A DNA stretch of 20,000 nucleotides from Rhizaria sp. SCN 62-66 (lineage: Eukaryota). The stretch is taken from contig MEDY01000150.1 in assembly GCA_001724265.1 (NCBI GenBank), positions 57,652 through 77,651 on the forward strand, given 5' to 3'. The notes beneath the pieces were generated by a model. That model had not been told where the DNA came from, ran no database searches, and saw only the letters and a list, made by a program, of their open reading frames with translations. Of this stretch, positions 1 through 9,855 are shown piece after piece. The position numbers were made by a program, and so were the translations under genes. Each line of letters opens with the position of its first letter. The first letter of the stretch is position 1.

Positions 1-1093
1 CCTTGGTCTCGGCCGAGGACTGCCGCTCGGGCGTGGGGCACTTGCCGTGGCAGATGTAACGCTCGATGATGAGAGTCGACGCGACGTTGTTGAAGGGGAT
101 GATGCAGCCATAGACAACGACGCAGGATAACGATAGCAGCCAGAAGAGGCGCCCGAACTGGAGGATCTCCTTGAAGCGCATCTCCTTCTCGGCCGGCGTC
201 GTCGCGGCCGCCGCGGTGACGGCGATCGCGGTGTTGGGGCTGGTCGGGACGACCTCATCGTCATCAGCAGCCGCAGAAGAAGAAGACGAGAGTTGCACGT
301 TATCGATGAGATTGTTGGACGACGCAAGGTGGGTGCGCAGACGCTGCTCCGACGCGGCAATCTTGCGCTCCGCCCAACGGTCGATGACGAAGACGATGAT
401 TGAGCACCCAAAGGCGATACAGAGCATGATGACGCCGAACCAGAGCGCGAAGGTGATCGACTCTGACTGGTACAGTGCGCGGGAACCGATGTTGTTGAGC
501 ACGGAGCCGAGGCGGCCAAGCGCAAGCTTGATGCCCATGACCATGGCGAACTCGTTTGCGCCGCGGAACCACGAGGCGAGGAGTGAGGAGAGTCCGACGA
601 CGATGCACTCGCCGCCGAATCCGTAGACGACGCGGCCGGCGAGCGCGGTCGCCATCGACGTGTTCGAGACGCCGATGGCGAACAAAGAGTGGCCGGCAAT
701 GAGGAAAGTGCCGAAGATGATGTTCATGAGGCGGTAGCCGAAGGTGTCGGTGAGGAAGCCGCCGAATAGCGGCAGGACGATGTTGGGCAACGAGTAGACG
801 GAGTAGAAAAGCGCGAAATAACGCTCGAATGCGGCGTCGTCGTAGCCGAAGTGGCGGCGCAGGGGATCGTGCAGCGCGGAGGGCGCGTCAAGGCAATAGT
901 AGCTCGCCATCATGAAGATGGACGCGAGGGGCAGCACGAGCCAACGCAGGAGCGAGTCCGAGCGGCGCATCGCACGCGGGGCGCCGTTTTCGTCGGTGAA
1001 CTCGGGCATGGTGATCTCGTCAGAGCTGACGTTGCCGGCGTTACTGTCGCTGTCACCGACGAGAGACTCGTTAAACATGTTGTTGGATGACAT
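1..1093 (-). CDS. MFSD1: MFS transporter, MFSD1-like (lysosomal dipeptide transporter family); 3' end lies beyond the window
   Basis: Manual translation from ATG 1093 stays open to position 1 (absent from the ORF track because there is no stop in the window): MSSNNMFNESLVGD...RWLVLPLASIFMMASYYCLDAPSAL...FYSVYSLPNIVLPLFGGFLTDTFGYR...GRVVYGFGGE...WFRG...FWLLSLSCVVVYGCIIPFNNVAS. The SYYCxDxP, YSxYSxPNxxLPxFGGxLxD and GRxxxGxGGE motifs are typical of MFSD1. Confidence 0.88.
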   Translation of the reverse strand, partial: MSSNNMFNESLVGDSDSNAGNVSSDEITMPEFTDENGAPRAMRRSDSLLRWLVLPLASIFMMASYYCLDAPSALHDPLRRHFGYDDAAFERYFALFYSVYSLPNIVLPLFGGFLTDTFGYRLMNIIFGTFLIAGHSLFAIGVSNTSMATALAGRVVYGFGGECIVVGLSSLLASWFRGANEFAMVMGIKLALGRLGSVLNNIGSRALYQSESITFALWFGVIMLCIAFGCSIIVFVIDRWAERKIAASEQRLRTHLASSNNLIDNVQLSSSSSAAADDDEVVPTSPNTAIAVTAAAATTPAEKEMRFKEILQFGRLFWLLSLSCVVVYGCIIPFNNVASTLIIERYICHGKCPTPERQSSAETK

Positions 1094-2006
1094 CGCGAAA
1101 AAGAAGAGTCAACGGGGAGGAAGACAAGGCTGGCTACTCGACGAGGACAGTTCTGAAGGGGATTAGCAGGCTGGAGCGTCAACTGCGAGAGATGACGGTT
1201 GTTGTTGCTAAAAGGGTGACACTGGCGGCTTCTGGGCTTCTGTGACAACCGCCTGAGACAGGGTGCGGCGCGGAAGCGGAAGCTGTAGGGGCGAATCAGA
1301 TAGTTATTGTGTAAACAGACAAGGCAAAATGAGCGGTTGAAAGGGTGCGAGGAGGTGGAGTCGGCTAATTGAGGAAACGCAATGAACGGTGGGGAATTAT
1401 AAGGCCTACGTCGGCCTGGTTGAAATGGGTTAATATTACAACCGTTAAAAATCCATCATTTGCGTGGTAGTAGATATAAACCTCGCAAGGGCACTGTAGA
1501 GCGACGAAACTTGGTTGGTGCGCAACGATTTCGAAGGAGGCATCCCGCCAACATTCGGAGTGCGCGTCGAGAGTCACAGTCCAAGTGTCTTCAAAATACA
1601 ATTATAAATAGAGTACAAATGCAAGCGCATTTAACGGGCAGTAACTATACGTTATCATGAGAACGCGTGTGTTATGCCAGCAGCATGGTCTAAAATGAGC
1701 CCTCCTCTCACCAACTCGTCATCGAACCGATATCACTCAGAAAAACGCAGAAACATATGTTTTAGTTGGAATACACGCCGTCAACAAAATCATAGACCGC
1801 CAGAGCCATGTATAGTGATAGAATAAACTGATTGATTTTATTATTTTGCGTTTTTTCTTGCTTAATTGTTTCTTATGGCATACATTCTTACTAAGATATC
1901 ATTCATCAAGGATCTTCAGCAAGAAGCGCCAACTGTACAGCCAGCCGACGCTCTGCCGAAGCCCGTTCACTCAGCTCCCTCCAACAGCGCTCTGTACAGC
2001 GCAGAC

Positions 2007-2965
2007 TTACGCGTCCTCGACCATGGCAGCGGGCTGCGCAGCGGCCTCAGCATCGAGGTCCTCCTGTGCGATGGCGTCAACGTACTCGCGCACGTCGTCA
2101 TCCTCGAGAACAGTGAACACGGTGTCCTTGCCCACATAGGCGATCTGCAGCCCCTCGGCGGTGAGCTTGTCCTGCGCGGCGCCCTTGAGCGAGCGCACGG
2201 CGTGCAGCACGGCCTCGCGCAGCCCCGTGCCAGCGGCGGGCGCGGAGAAGGCGTCGATGTGCTTCTCGAGGTACGTCTTGGCGGCCTGCGAGCGAGCGCC
2301 GATGGCCTGGGCGCGGAACTCCCACACGTCGCCGGACGGCGAGGTCTCAAACAGGTGCGGGCCCGTGAAGTCGTAGCCGGCAACGAGGAGCCCCACGCCC
2401 GCGGGGCGCTTCTCGGAGCGCTGGGTGTAGACCTGGTTCTTGTCGCCGAGGGAGCGGACGAGGCGGCCGATGGGGACCGGGGCCTCGTAGCGCCACTTCT
2501 CGTCGATGCACTCGTGGCGGAGGAAGTCGCACTGCGCAGCGCCGTCGGGGATAAGGCCCGAGACGGCGGCGCCGACGTGATCGTCGAGGCGGGTGATCTT
2601 GCGCGTGTACGAGGCCAGCTCGGACTCAGCGCGGCGCAGAGCCGCGAGGACAACGAAGTCGCCAGAGACCAGGCCCACGCACGCGCTGCCGTGAGTCACA
2701 GCGGCGCAGGCGTACTCAACCTAAGATAGACAAAGATAGTGGCAACAATTTGCAAAAGAATTCATGACAAAACGATAACAAGGTGGGCGTATCAAGACGT
2801 TAAAGAGGATTGTGGACGGTGGGTGGTCAGGACAGAACGAGTCGTGAGATCAGATGAAAATACGTGGGAATAGAGTCCTCGACAATAAGATCAAAATCGT
2901 ACCTGATAAAGGCGCCCCGCAGGGTTGAACGTAGTCACGTCCGTGTCGTATTGATCGCGAGACAT
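2007..2965 (-). CDS. PSMA1: 20S proteasome subunit alpha-6 (PSMA1/PRE5 type), 2 exons: 2965-2903 and 2720-2007, 258 aa
   Basis: Exon 1 MSRDQYDTDVTTFNPAGRLYQ (alpha-subunit N-terminal signature) splices in phase 0 to VEYACAAVTHGSACVGL...ALRRAESELASY...GVGLLVAGYDFTGPHLFETSPSG...AIGARSQAAKTYLEK. The SELA and ARSQxAxTYLE motifs point to alpha-6. Confidence 0.93.
2721..2902 (-). other. Spliceosomal intron of PSMA1 (182 nt, phase 0)
   Basis: CAG|GTACGA ... TCTATCTTAG|GTT; removing it joins the conserved LYQ-VEYA. Confidence 0.93.
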
Positions 2966-3465
2966 TTAGCACAGGCACAACTTTCAGATGAGCCTTCGAG
3001 TCTACATCAGACTCATCTCGCTGCAACGGTGTGAAATAATCGTTTGTGGTGGATCGGCAAAAGTTAGGCCGCGACGCACAAAACATCAAGGATTTCGTCG
3101 GGATAACTGTCGTAAAATAAAACAAAAACATTTTGCTAGAGTAGCTTCAGTCGCGATTTTGGATCAAGTGATAAAGTTATTCGTGTATTGAGTTAAACAT
3201 AATGATTGTGAGCGCGCGGAAGACTGGAGGGTGAGCACTGATGGGCAGCAAACGGCTGTCCCTTCGGCACAACCTGGCTCACGCGCAGCAGACGCAGGGC
3301 AGACGCGACCGCAGCGCTGCAGCAGAGACCCGTAGCAGCGCCGTCGCCGCGAGTACCGAAGTGCCGGAAGCGAGAGCAACGGCGTCGTTCATGCATTGAC
3401 AAACGGAGCGATTGCTGCCAGCCCCGACACAGCCTCAGATCTGCGCCCGTTGGCGGCCGGGGCAC

Positions 3466-3901
3466 TTAGTGCGACTCCTTCCAGACCTTGAGGTCCTTGA
3501 TGAGCTCGGGGGCGGCGGTGACCTTGTGGCGCTGGAGCAGGCCGACGAGGGCGTCGTCGGAGGTCTGCTGTTGCTCGGGGTGGCCCATGCGCTTAAGCAG
3601 CGCCTTGAGCATCTCACGCTCCTGCTTGTTGATGAAGTCGCGCTCAGCCGCGGACTCCTCCTTCTTGAAGCGGTCGGACATGACGCGCTGGGAGACCTGT
3701 GGTGGGTGGATGGGGACAAAGCAAAAGCAGCAAAGGGAAGAGCAAAAGGGTGAGGTGATGAATCACGACGGGAGGCTTGGGTCAGGCAAAGGCAGGTTTC
3801 GGGAAAGGGAAAGGGTAAAGAGAGATGGGACGTACCATGACGGGGGCGGCGGCAATGCGGGGAGCGACCTTAACAATGGCGGACTGGAAGCGGGAAAGCA
3901 T
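3466..3901 (-). CDS. Mitochondrial F1Fo-ATPase inhibitor (IF1)-like protein, 2 exons: 3901-3836 and 3696-3466, 98 aa
   Basis: Spliced product MLSRFQSAIVKVAPRIAAAPVM|VSQRVMSDRFKKEESAAERDFINKQEREMLKALLKRM...ALVGLLQRHKVTAAPELIKDLKVWKESH. The N-terminus is basic and free of acidic residues, like a presequence. FKKEExAAExxFxxKQERExLxxL resembles the IF1 inhibitory helix. Codon bias is strongly GC3. Confidence 0.75.
3697..3835 (-). other. Spliceosomal intron of the IF1-like gene (139 nt, phase 0)
   Basis: ATG|GTACGT ... CCACCACAG|GTC with a C/T-rich interior. Confidence 0.88.
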
Positions 3902-4448
3902 CTATACGTGGCGAAGCAGGCAGCACCCAGATAGGGCGAGAGTGGGAGGTGAGTGAGGTGACGAGTTGGAGACGATACAAATCACGCGAGATCTCGCCAA
4001 AAACGGACGCAAGAAGCGCTGCAAGAAATAACACACAGCTGCTCACACCATGAATCATTCCGAAAATAAAAAACTACTGCTAACGAATGGCCGCAAGAGG
4101 TGCATCGAGCTCTGCAAAGTGGACATCTCAAGATCAGCCCACAGCCCCATGCCCGTCTGTGTCCCAGTCAAAATCAAGCCGCAGAAGGATCGACCGAGCA
4201 GACCAAACTCACAGCAAGCTCAGGGCTTTGTGCAAATAAAGTGAGATATAGCGGTAATACATAGTAGTTGAGGAAGTAATAGTGATAGAGCATAAAGTGA
4301 ATAGATGGATGTGTTTGAAATTTGGTTTTTTTATTCTCTTCCTGATCATCCTGCTCCGAGTGAGACGTATTCGGGGCAGAACTGCGCGTCAAATTAGGCG
4401 GCGACGTGCGACATTTGTGTTGGGGGGTGGGGGACGCCCGCGTTCAAC

Positions 4449-5099
4449 TTACTCCTGGACGGGGAAGGAGAACTCAACCGCGGAGCGGGTGAGGCGGTTG
4501 TAGACGGCGGCGAAGGACTTGAGCTTGTCCTCGGTCTCCTTAGCATCCTTCTTGTCGACGAAGACCTTAAGGAGCTTGGACTGGTCAGCACGCACGCGGG
4601 TGCGCTTGCCGACGATGGAGGAGGGGAAGACAATGTCGTCGAGGATGGCGGCGTGCACGGCAGTGAGGGTGCGCGACTGGGGGCGAGCGATGCCCTTGTA
4701 CTGAGCCATCTGTGATGATGTAGAGAGGAGCAAGCAAGAGCAAAGCAAGTGCGAGTGCGCACAGATGAGAAGGGTGAGCGCGGGATGAGAATAGCAAAGC
4801 AAGACAGGTGCGGATGGGGATGTAGCTGAGATAAGGGTGAAGAGAAAGATGTGGAGAAACGTACCTCGTTGGTGAGGATGGTGCGCTGGGCAATGAAGAC
4901 GAAGTGGGTGTTGGCGAACTTCTTCTCGAGCTCGCGGGAGAGGCGGGGCTGGATCGACCTCCTTGGCCGCGCAGAAGTGAAGGGCCTTGAGGCCCGCGAG
5001 CTCAGGGGTCTCCTGGAGCTCGACCATAGCCTTAGCAACGCTCTCCTCGAAAGAGGAGACGGCCTTGCCGTTGGCCTTAACAACCTTGTTAGTCGCCAT
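4449..5099 (-). CDS. RPS7: 40S ribosomal protein S7 (eS7), exons 5099-4865 and 4709-4449; as assembled, exon 1 has an internal deletion and frameshift at 4952-4955
   Basis: MATNKVVKANGKAVSSFEESVAKAMVELQ...AAKEVD in one frame, then IQPRLSRELEKKFANTHFVFIAQRTIL in another; exon 2 is MAQYKGIARPQSRTLTAVHAAILDDIVFPSSIVGKRTRV...FSFPVQE*. RELEKKF, FIAQRxIL, SRTLTAVH and IVGKR are hallmark eS7 motifs. Confidence 0.93.
   Translation of the reverse strand: MATNKVVKANGKAVSSFEESVAKAMVELQETPELAGLKALHFCAAKEVDPAPPLPRAREEVRQHPLRLHCPAHHPHQRGTFLHIFLFTLISATSPSAPVLLCYSHPALTLLICAHSHLLCSCLLLSTSSQMAQYKGIARPQSRTLTAVHAAILDDIVFPSSIVGKRTRVRADQSKLLKVFVDKKDAKETEDKLKSFAAVYNRLTRSAVEFSFPVQE
4710..4864 (-). other. Spliceosomal intron of RPS7 (155 nt, phase 0)
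   Basis: GAG|GTACGT ... CATCACAG|ATG, pyrimidine-rich; contains CTTGCTTTGCT twice. Confidence 0.9.
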
Positions 5100-5197
5100 T
5101 AGGAAGAGAGGCTACAAAGCAATAGGAACGTCGGAAGCAAAAGAGAGTATGGAAAGCAGTGAGCATGGGCATGGACGCAACAGACACGAAAGCGGGG

Positions 5198-5279
5198 GTC
5201 CTCAGACCGATTGCGAGGGTGGCCAGAGTGAGCTCTGTTGTCCCGGTCAACAAGTGAGCACAACTTCGCATCACAAAAC
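5198..5279 (-). ncRNA. Candidate box C/D snoRNA upstream of RPS7
   Basis: Minus strand reads gtttt-GTGATGC ... CTGA-ggac. Box C-like motif starts at 5274, box D is at 5205-5202 (73-nt span), and the flanks could form a short terminal stem. Box C has one mismatch and no target was identified. Confidence 0.3.
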
Positions 5280-6369
5280 TAGGGTAACGAAGGCGTCTGG
5301 CAATAACGCAAACCCACTGTAGGATAGAATAATTCCTGTTTTATCATAGCAAATCATCCCTAGACGCATAGTCCGCACGCCGGATCCATAAAGACTGTCC
5401 TCAATCCGCGCCTCGACCTCACACACTGGGCCCGACTGATGCCCGCGGTGCGGCGACTCGGCTAAGGGCCATCTAAGTACCCCAGAATGTATTTCCCCCT
5501 TTTCGCGAACCGGGTCCAGGACGAGCTGCCTCAAGCTATTATCACGGAAGGTTTTTAAAACAACTATATCGTCGGATGACACCATTTTTTAACTATGGGG
5601 ATGACACGAAGTGTACTATCATGGCAATTTATCACAACGTCTGGGTCGCGATATGAAAGCGGCCAAAGGGGGGGAAAACTCGACTGTTGGTCGACACAAC
5701 TATTGCATAACACATCTCTAATAGCTCCCTCAAAACGATTGGTGGACATACCTCTGAGAAGTCCGATCTGCGGAGCAAGTCTATTCCTGTTATATTTTTT
5801 CTCTTCAGTCCTGCATATTGCTGTCTTAGATCGATAATGTGGGTAATCACTGCTTGTGTCGTGTGAACAGGATTTGATGCTGTGTTAATCGTTCATCGTC
5901 ACCAACATCAGCTTCCGCCTCGCCTCGTTCGTTCCCATGATGTCGATTAACTGTGACGTCCACCCACCTTGCTCGTATCCGTCTCTCTTCCATGTTTGGC
6001 TGTGTCAACTGCAACTCGTGCTGCCTAGCAATCTTGCTCTCAATAAACTGAGCAACGTAGCAGATCATGTCGCACTTCATCAGTGATCTACTCATGCCAG
6101 TGCGCATCTATAGTTGGCAGATCGATTGAGCTGCTGATGTGTGTGTTAAGGTGTTGCTTGCGTTCCAAAACATCCAATAAACACACAATCGACAACAAAA
6201 CAGAAATGAGTGGCAATGTGCTTTGTAAGACAACATCTGTTGTACAACAGATCAAAGCAAAACAAAAATGTATTAATTCAATTAAACGTTGCTAGTAAGG
6301 ATACTATGTAACATAAGGTATATTGATCTTGACAATTTCTCCGGCACAAATGAAGTTTACGTCGTCCAA

Positions 6370-7825
6370 TCACCCGCGCGGCGGCGGAGGCGGCGCGAAG
6401 CCCTGTGCGCTGGCCCTGCTCGCCACGACGCCACCCATCGGCGGCGGCGGCGGCGGAGGCTGGAAATGCTGATGCGACTGTTGCTGCTGCTGCTGCTGGT
6501 GCACCGGGGGCTGCTGCGGGGGATACTGCGGCTGCTGAGACGGGTAACCGCCGCCATGCTGGTCCATCGGTTGCTGCGCAGCTCCAGTGTAGCCGTAAGC
6601 GGACACGCCATACTGAGGCGCCGGCAGCGAGGCAAACAGGCCTCCCGCGCCCGCTGCGCCCATCGCGCCTGCCGCGCCAACGGGGGCGACCGGGGCGCGG
6701 GCAGCACCGGCGGCGCCGTAGCCAGCACCGGCGGCGCCGTAGCCAGCGCTGTGACCCTGGCTGTGACCCTGGCTCTGGCCCTGACTATGACTCTGACCGT
6801 AGCTGTGGCTGAGGCTGTGGCCGTAGCCCTCGTGACTGGGACGGCCGAGGCTGCTGTAGCCTTGGTAGTCGTTGTAGCCGCCGCCGCCGCCGCCGTGGCC
6901 GTGGCCGTGGCCGTCGCTGGGCGGGGGACCGTAGCTGCCACGGTCACCGCTGGTATAGCCGCCCCCGCCGTGCTGCTGCTGATGTTGCTGGCTGGGATAG
7001 CCGCCTTGGCTGCTGTAGCCCTGTTGAGAGCCGCTGTACCCATGCTGCTGCTGCGGCGGCGGCGGGGGGTGTGAATGCGAATGTTGCGCGTTGTAGCGAG
7101 GCGCCATGCTGTCGTAGGGACCGTGGGCAGGAGGGGCACCGAGAGCAGCGACGGGAGGGGGCGGCGGCGGGCCACTGCTGCGAGGGTCGTAGTGAACGTG
7201 AGCAGGAGGGTGACCGTGAGCAGGAGGATGACCGTGAGCAGGAGGGTGGCCGTGAGCAGGAGCAGGGCCAGGACCGTGGCTCTGGCCCTGATTGTGGCTG
7301 CGAAGCGGAGCCGGCCCACTGTGGTAATGAGCGGGCCCACGGTCACCGCGGTCCCACTCGCGGTCACGGTCGCTCCGGTCGCGCTCACGGTCACCCGAGT
7401 GCCCACGGTCGCCCGAGTGCCCACGGTCACCAAGGTGCCCACGGTCACCGGGGTAGGCCCGGTCACCGGAGTAGCCACGGTCAATGCTGCGCCCGCGCTC
7501 ACTACTGCGGCCACGGTCATCGTCACGGCCACGGCCACGGTCACCGTGTTCGGCGCTGCTGCGGCCGCGGCCGTCGCCGCGGCTGTCGCCCGGGGGGCCG
7601 CCGGGGGGGCCGCCGGGGGGGCCGCGGTGGTCGGTCGGGCCCCGGGTAATCGCATGAGGGTTCTTGCTCGAACCAGAATGGCCGTGGCCGTGACTGGTAG
7701 AGTGACCGTGAGCAGCGTGCGCGGGAGTCGTGGAGTGACCGTGAGCAGCAGTGGTAGAGTGACCGTGAGCAGAAGTCTTCACCGCAGACCCGCCCCGCTT
7801 GCCATCGTTGTGATCCCTCTCTGGC

Positions 7826-7857
<32 letters not shown>

Positions 7858-9855
7858 CTCCTTGTCGTCACTCTGAGGGTGGCCTGAGCCAGCGGCGCCC
7901 TTCATAGCGCTGCCTCTGCCATGGCCCTTCTTGTTACTGTTGTTGTTATTGTAGTTGTTGCTGCCGTGCCCCTTTCTCGGTGTCTGCATAGTATTCGCGG
8001 CAGCAGCATTCGCAGCAGCGGCGGCAGCGGCCGCGGCGGCGGCATCAGCGTCTGCCCTGGTGAACACGACCGTGATCCCCGCATCGGCAGCCTCAGCCGC
8101 CACATCACCGCGCCCGGCCTTGCTGCCGGCCGCAACCGACGGCTCCTTATCCCACATCGCACCATCATCACCACCCCCACGGTCGCCTCCGCGCTCACGG
8201 TCACCGCCGCGCTCACGGTCGTTTTGCTGCGGTTTCCGCGGCGCATAAGTCCTGTGCACGTCCATGTTGGCTTTATACACGGCGTCTGTGCGCGGCAAAG
8301 TGCAGTCGCGCGCGCCGTGATCGCCACCGCACACAAAGCACACCGACAGCGCCGCCGCCAGCGCCGCCGGGGCGCGCAGCAGCGACACGGGCAGCGGCAG
8401 CGGCAGCGCGTTGAGGGGCGCGTTGTGCAGCGGCACGGGCGTGCCCGCGGCGGCCGCGACGGCCGAGACCGAGGCCAGCGCGCCCGCCGCGTAGCTAGGG
8501 TCGCCGCAGCCGACGCGGTCGATGCAGAACGACGGGTAGTAGGTCACGGCCGCGGGCGTCGGCAGCGCCGGGAGCGGGGAGCGGAGCAGTGCGGAGACCG
8601 CGGCGGCCTCGGCGGCGGCGGCGCGCTCGGCCACGGCCGCAGCGCGTGCTGAGGCGGCCGCTGCGACCTCAGCGCTGCCTGCGGCGTCCAGGTCGGCCTC
8701 AGTCGTGTTGCTGGTGGCGGAAGCGGCGGCGGCCAGCCGGGCGGCGCGGGCAGCGCGTTCGGCGAAGATGGCGGCGTTGGCGTGCAGTTGCTCAGTCGGC
8801 AGCGCAGCGGCGATGCGGGAAGCGAAGAGGTAGGCCCAGTCGTCCTCGAAAAGACCGGTGTATCCGTCGGCAACGCGCGCGGGTCGCGTGGCAACGGCGG
8901 GGTCGAAAGATGTGGCCAACAGGGCCAAGTCGGCTGTCGAAAGCGAGGACACCAAGGTTGCCAAACCGGCATCACCGTCGGCGTCCCCGGTGCCGCCGCC
9001 GCCGCCGCTGTGGCTGCCGCGGCCGCCGCGCGCGGGCCTGCTGTTGCTGTGCGCGTGCGGGAGCGGCGGGCAGCGGACGGCGTGCGCCTGTGCAGGCGAG
9101 AGGCCTAGGCGCGATATGAGCGCGGAGCGGCGGATGGCGTGCGCCGACTCGGCGGCCGAGATGAGGCGGGCGAAGGACCGGCGTGTGGCGTCAAGCGCGG
9201 GCGCGACAGCAGAAATGGAGCTCGAAGATGATTGCGCTGACTGCTGCTGCTGCTGTTGCTGCTGTTGCTGCTGTTGTTGTTGTTGTTGCGAGTGGCAGAA
9301 AGCGGCGAGCTCGAGCGCGGCGCGCGCGGCGGCGGGCAGCGCGGGCAGCATTGCAACCTCGGCGAGCGGGGCGACAGGTTGCGCGTGCGAGGACGAAACG
9401 TACGCCTCCGAGGCAGGCAGCGCATACGGCAGCGGACCAGCGTCTGCTGCCGCTGCGAGTGCATTCACGACGGCGCGTGGCTGCGTCGCGGAGCCGGCGG
9501 TCGCGAGCGAAGACAACGCGCGCAGAACACGCTGCGTCGCGGCGGTGGAGGACGGGGGCGATGGGACGGCCGCGGCGGCGAGCGGGGACTGCTTGGGCAC
9601 TGCGATTTCAAGCGCAGTGGCCGCTTTGGCGGCGGGCGCAGATGCGGACGATGCAGCTGTTGAGTGCTGCGCGCGGTCAGCGCCCGAGAGGGTAACCGAC
9701 GAGGCAGTGGCAGCGTGCGCACTAAACACTGAGAAGGGCCTCGTTGCAGCAGCAGCCGCAGTGGGCGCAGCGCGCGCAGCAGCGTTGGGCGCGGCGGGCG
9801 GCGGCGCGGAGAAGGAAGCCTCGTCTTCAACAGAGAAGAGGGCGTCGAACTCCAT
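6370..9855 (-). CDS. ZCCHC8-like zinc-knuckle protein (NEXT-complex scaffold-like) with large low-complexity regions, 1161 aa
   Basis: YYPSFCIDRVG resembles the ZCCHC8 FCLDxxG motif and is followed by the knuckle CFVCGGDHGARDCTLPR (ZCCHC8 type is CFNCG..H...DC..PR). Also polyQ, polyA, RD/RG repeats and a G/Y/Q/H/P-rich C-terminus. A PSP domain was not recognised. Confidence 0.6.
7196..7460 (-). repeat. Coding 18-nt tandem repeats (PPAHGH x3-4 at about 7196-7262; GDRGHS-type at about 7340-7460)
   Basis: Repeated plus-strand units gaccgtgagcaggagggt and gcccacggtcacccgagt. Confidence 0.8.
9241..9288 (-). repeat. CAA/CAG trinucleotide repeat encoding Q16
   Basis: A ctg/ttg run on the plus strand, in frame with the ZCCHC8-like ORF. 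Confidence 0.9.

Noticed and set aside
4449-5099. The 216-aa continuous ORF as the true RPS7 product
   Set aside because: It reads through an out-of-frame exon segment and a canonical 155-nt intron. It is continuous only because the frameshift and the intron length cancel out.
5278-5435. Plant-like telo-box (TAGGGTAA) and site II (TGGGCC) upstream of RPS7
   Set aside because: Short and imperfect matches that are expected by chance, and nothing indicates a plant genome.
5428-5470. Hammerhead-like CTGATG-stem-CGA
   Set aside because: The core needs CUGANGA and GAAA. The sequence has CTGATGC and CGAC.
5500-5532. SRP RNA-like GAACCGG..CCAGG..AGC
   Set aside because: The helix-8 stem with its GNRA tetraloop is missing.
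5574-5610. GGATGACAC twice, resembling U6 snRNA (CAAGGATGACACGCA)
   Set aside because: There is no ACAGAGA box or AGC-triad stem-loop upstream. The match is only 9-10 nt.
5271-6295. Short ORFs between RPS7 and the ZCCHC8-like gene
   Set aside because: They lack the GC3 bias of the real genes, have no recognisable motifs and do not contain the missing eS7 peptide.
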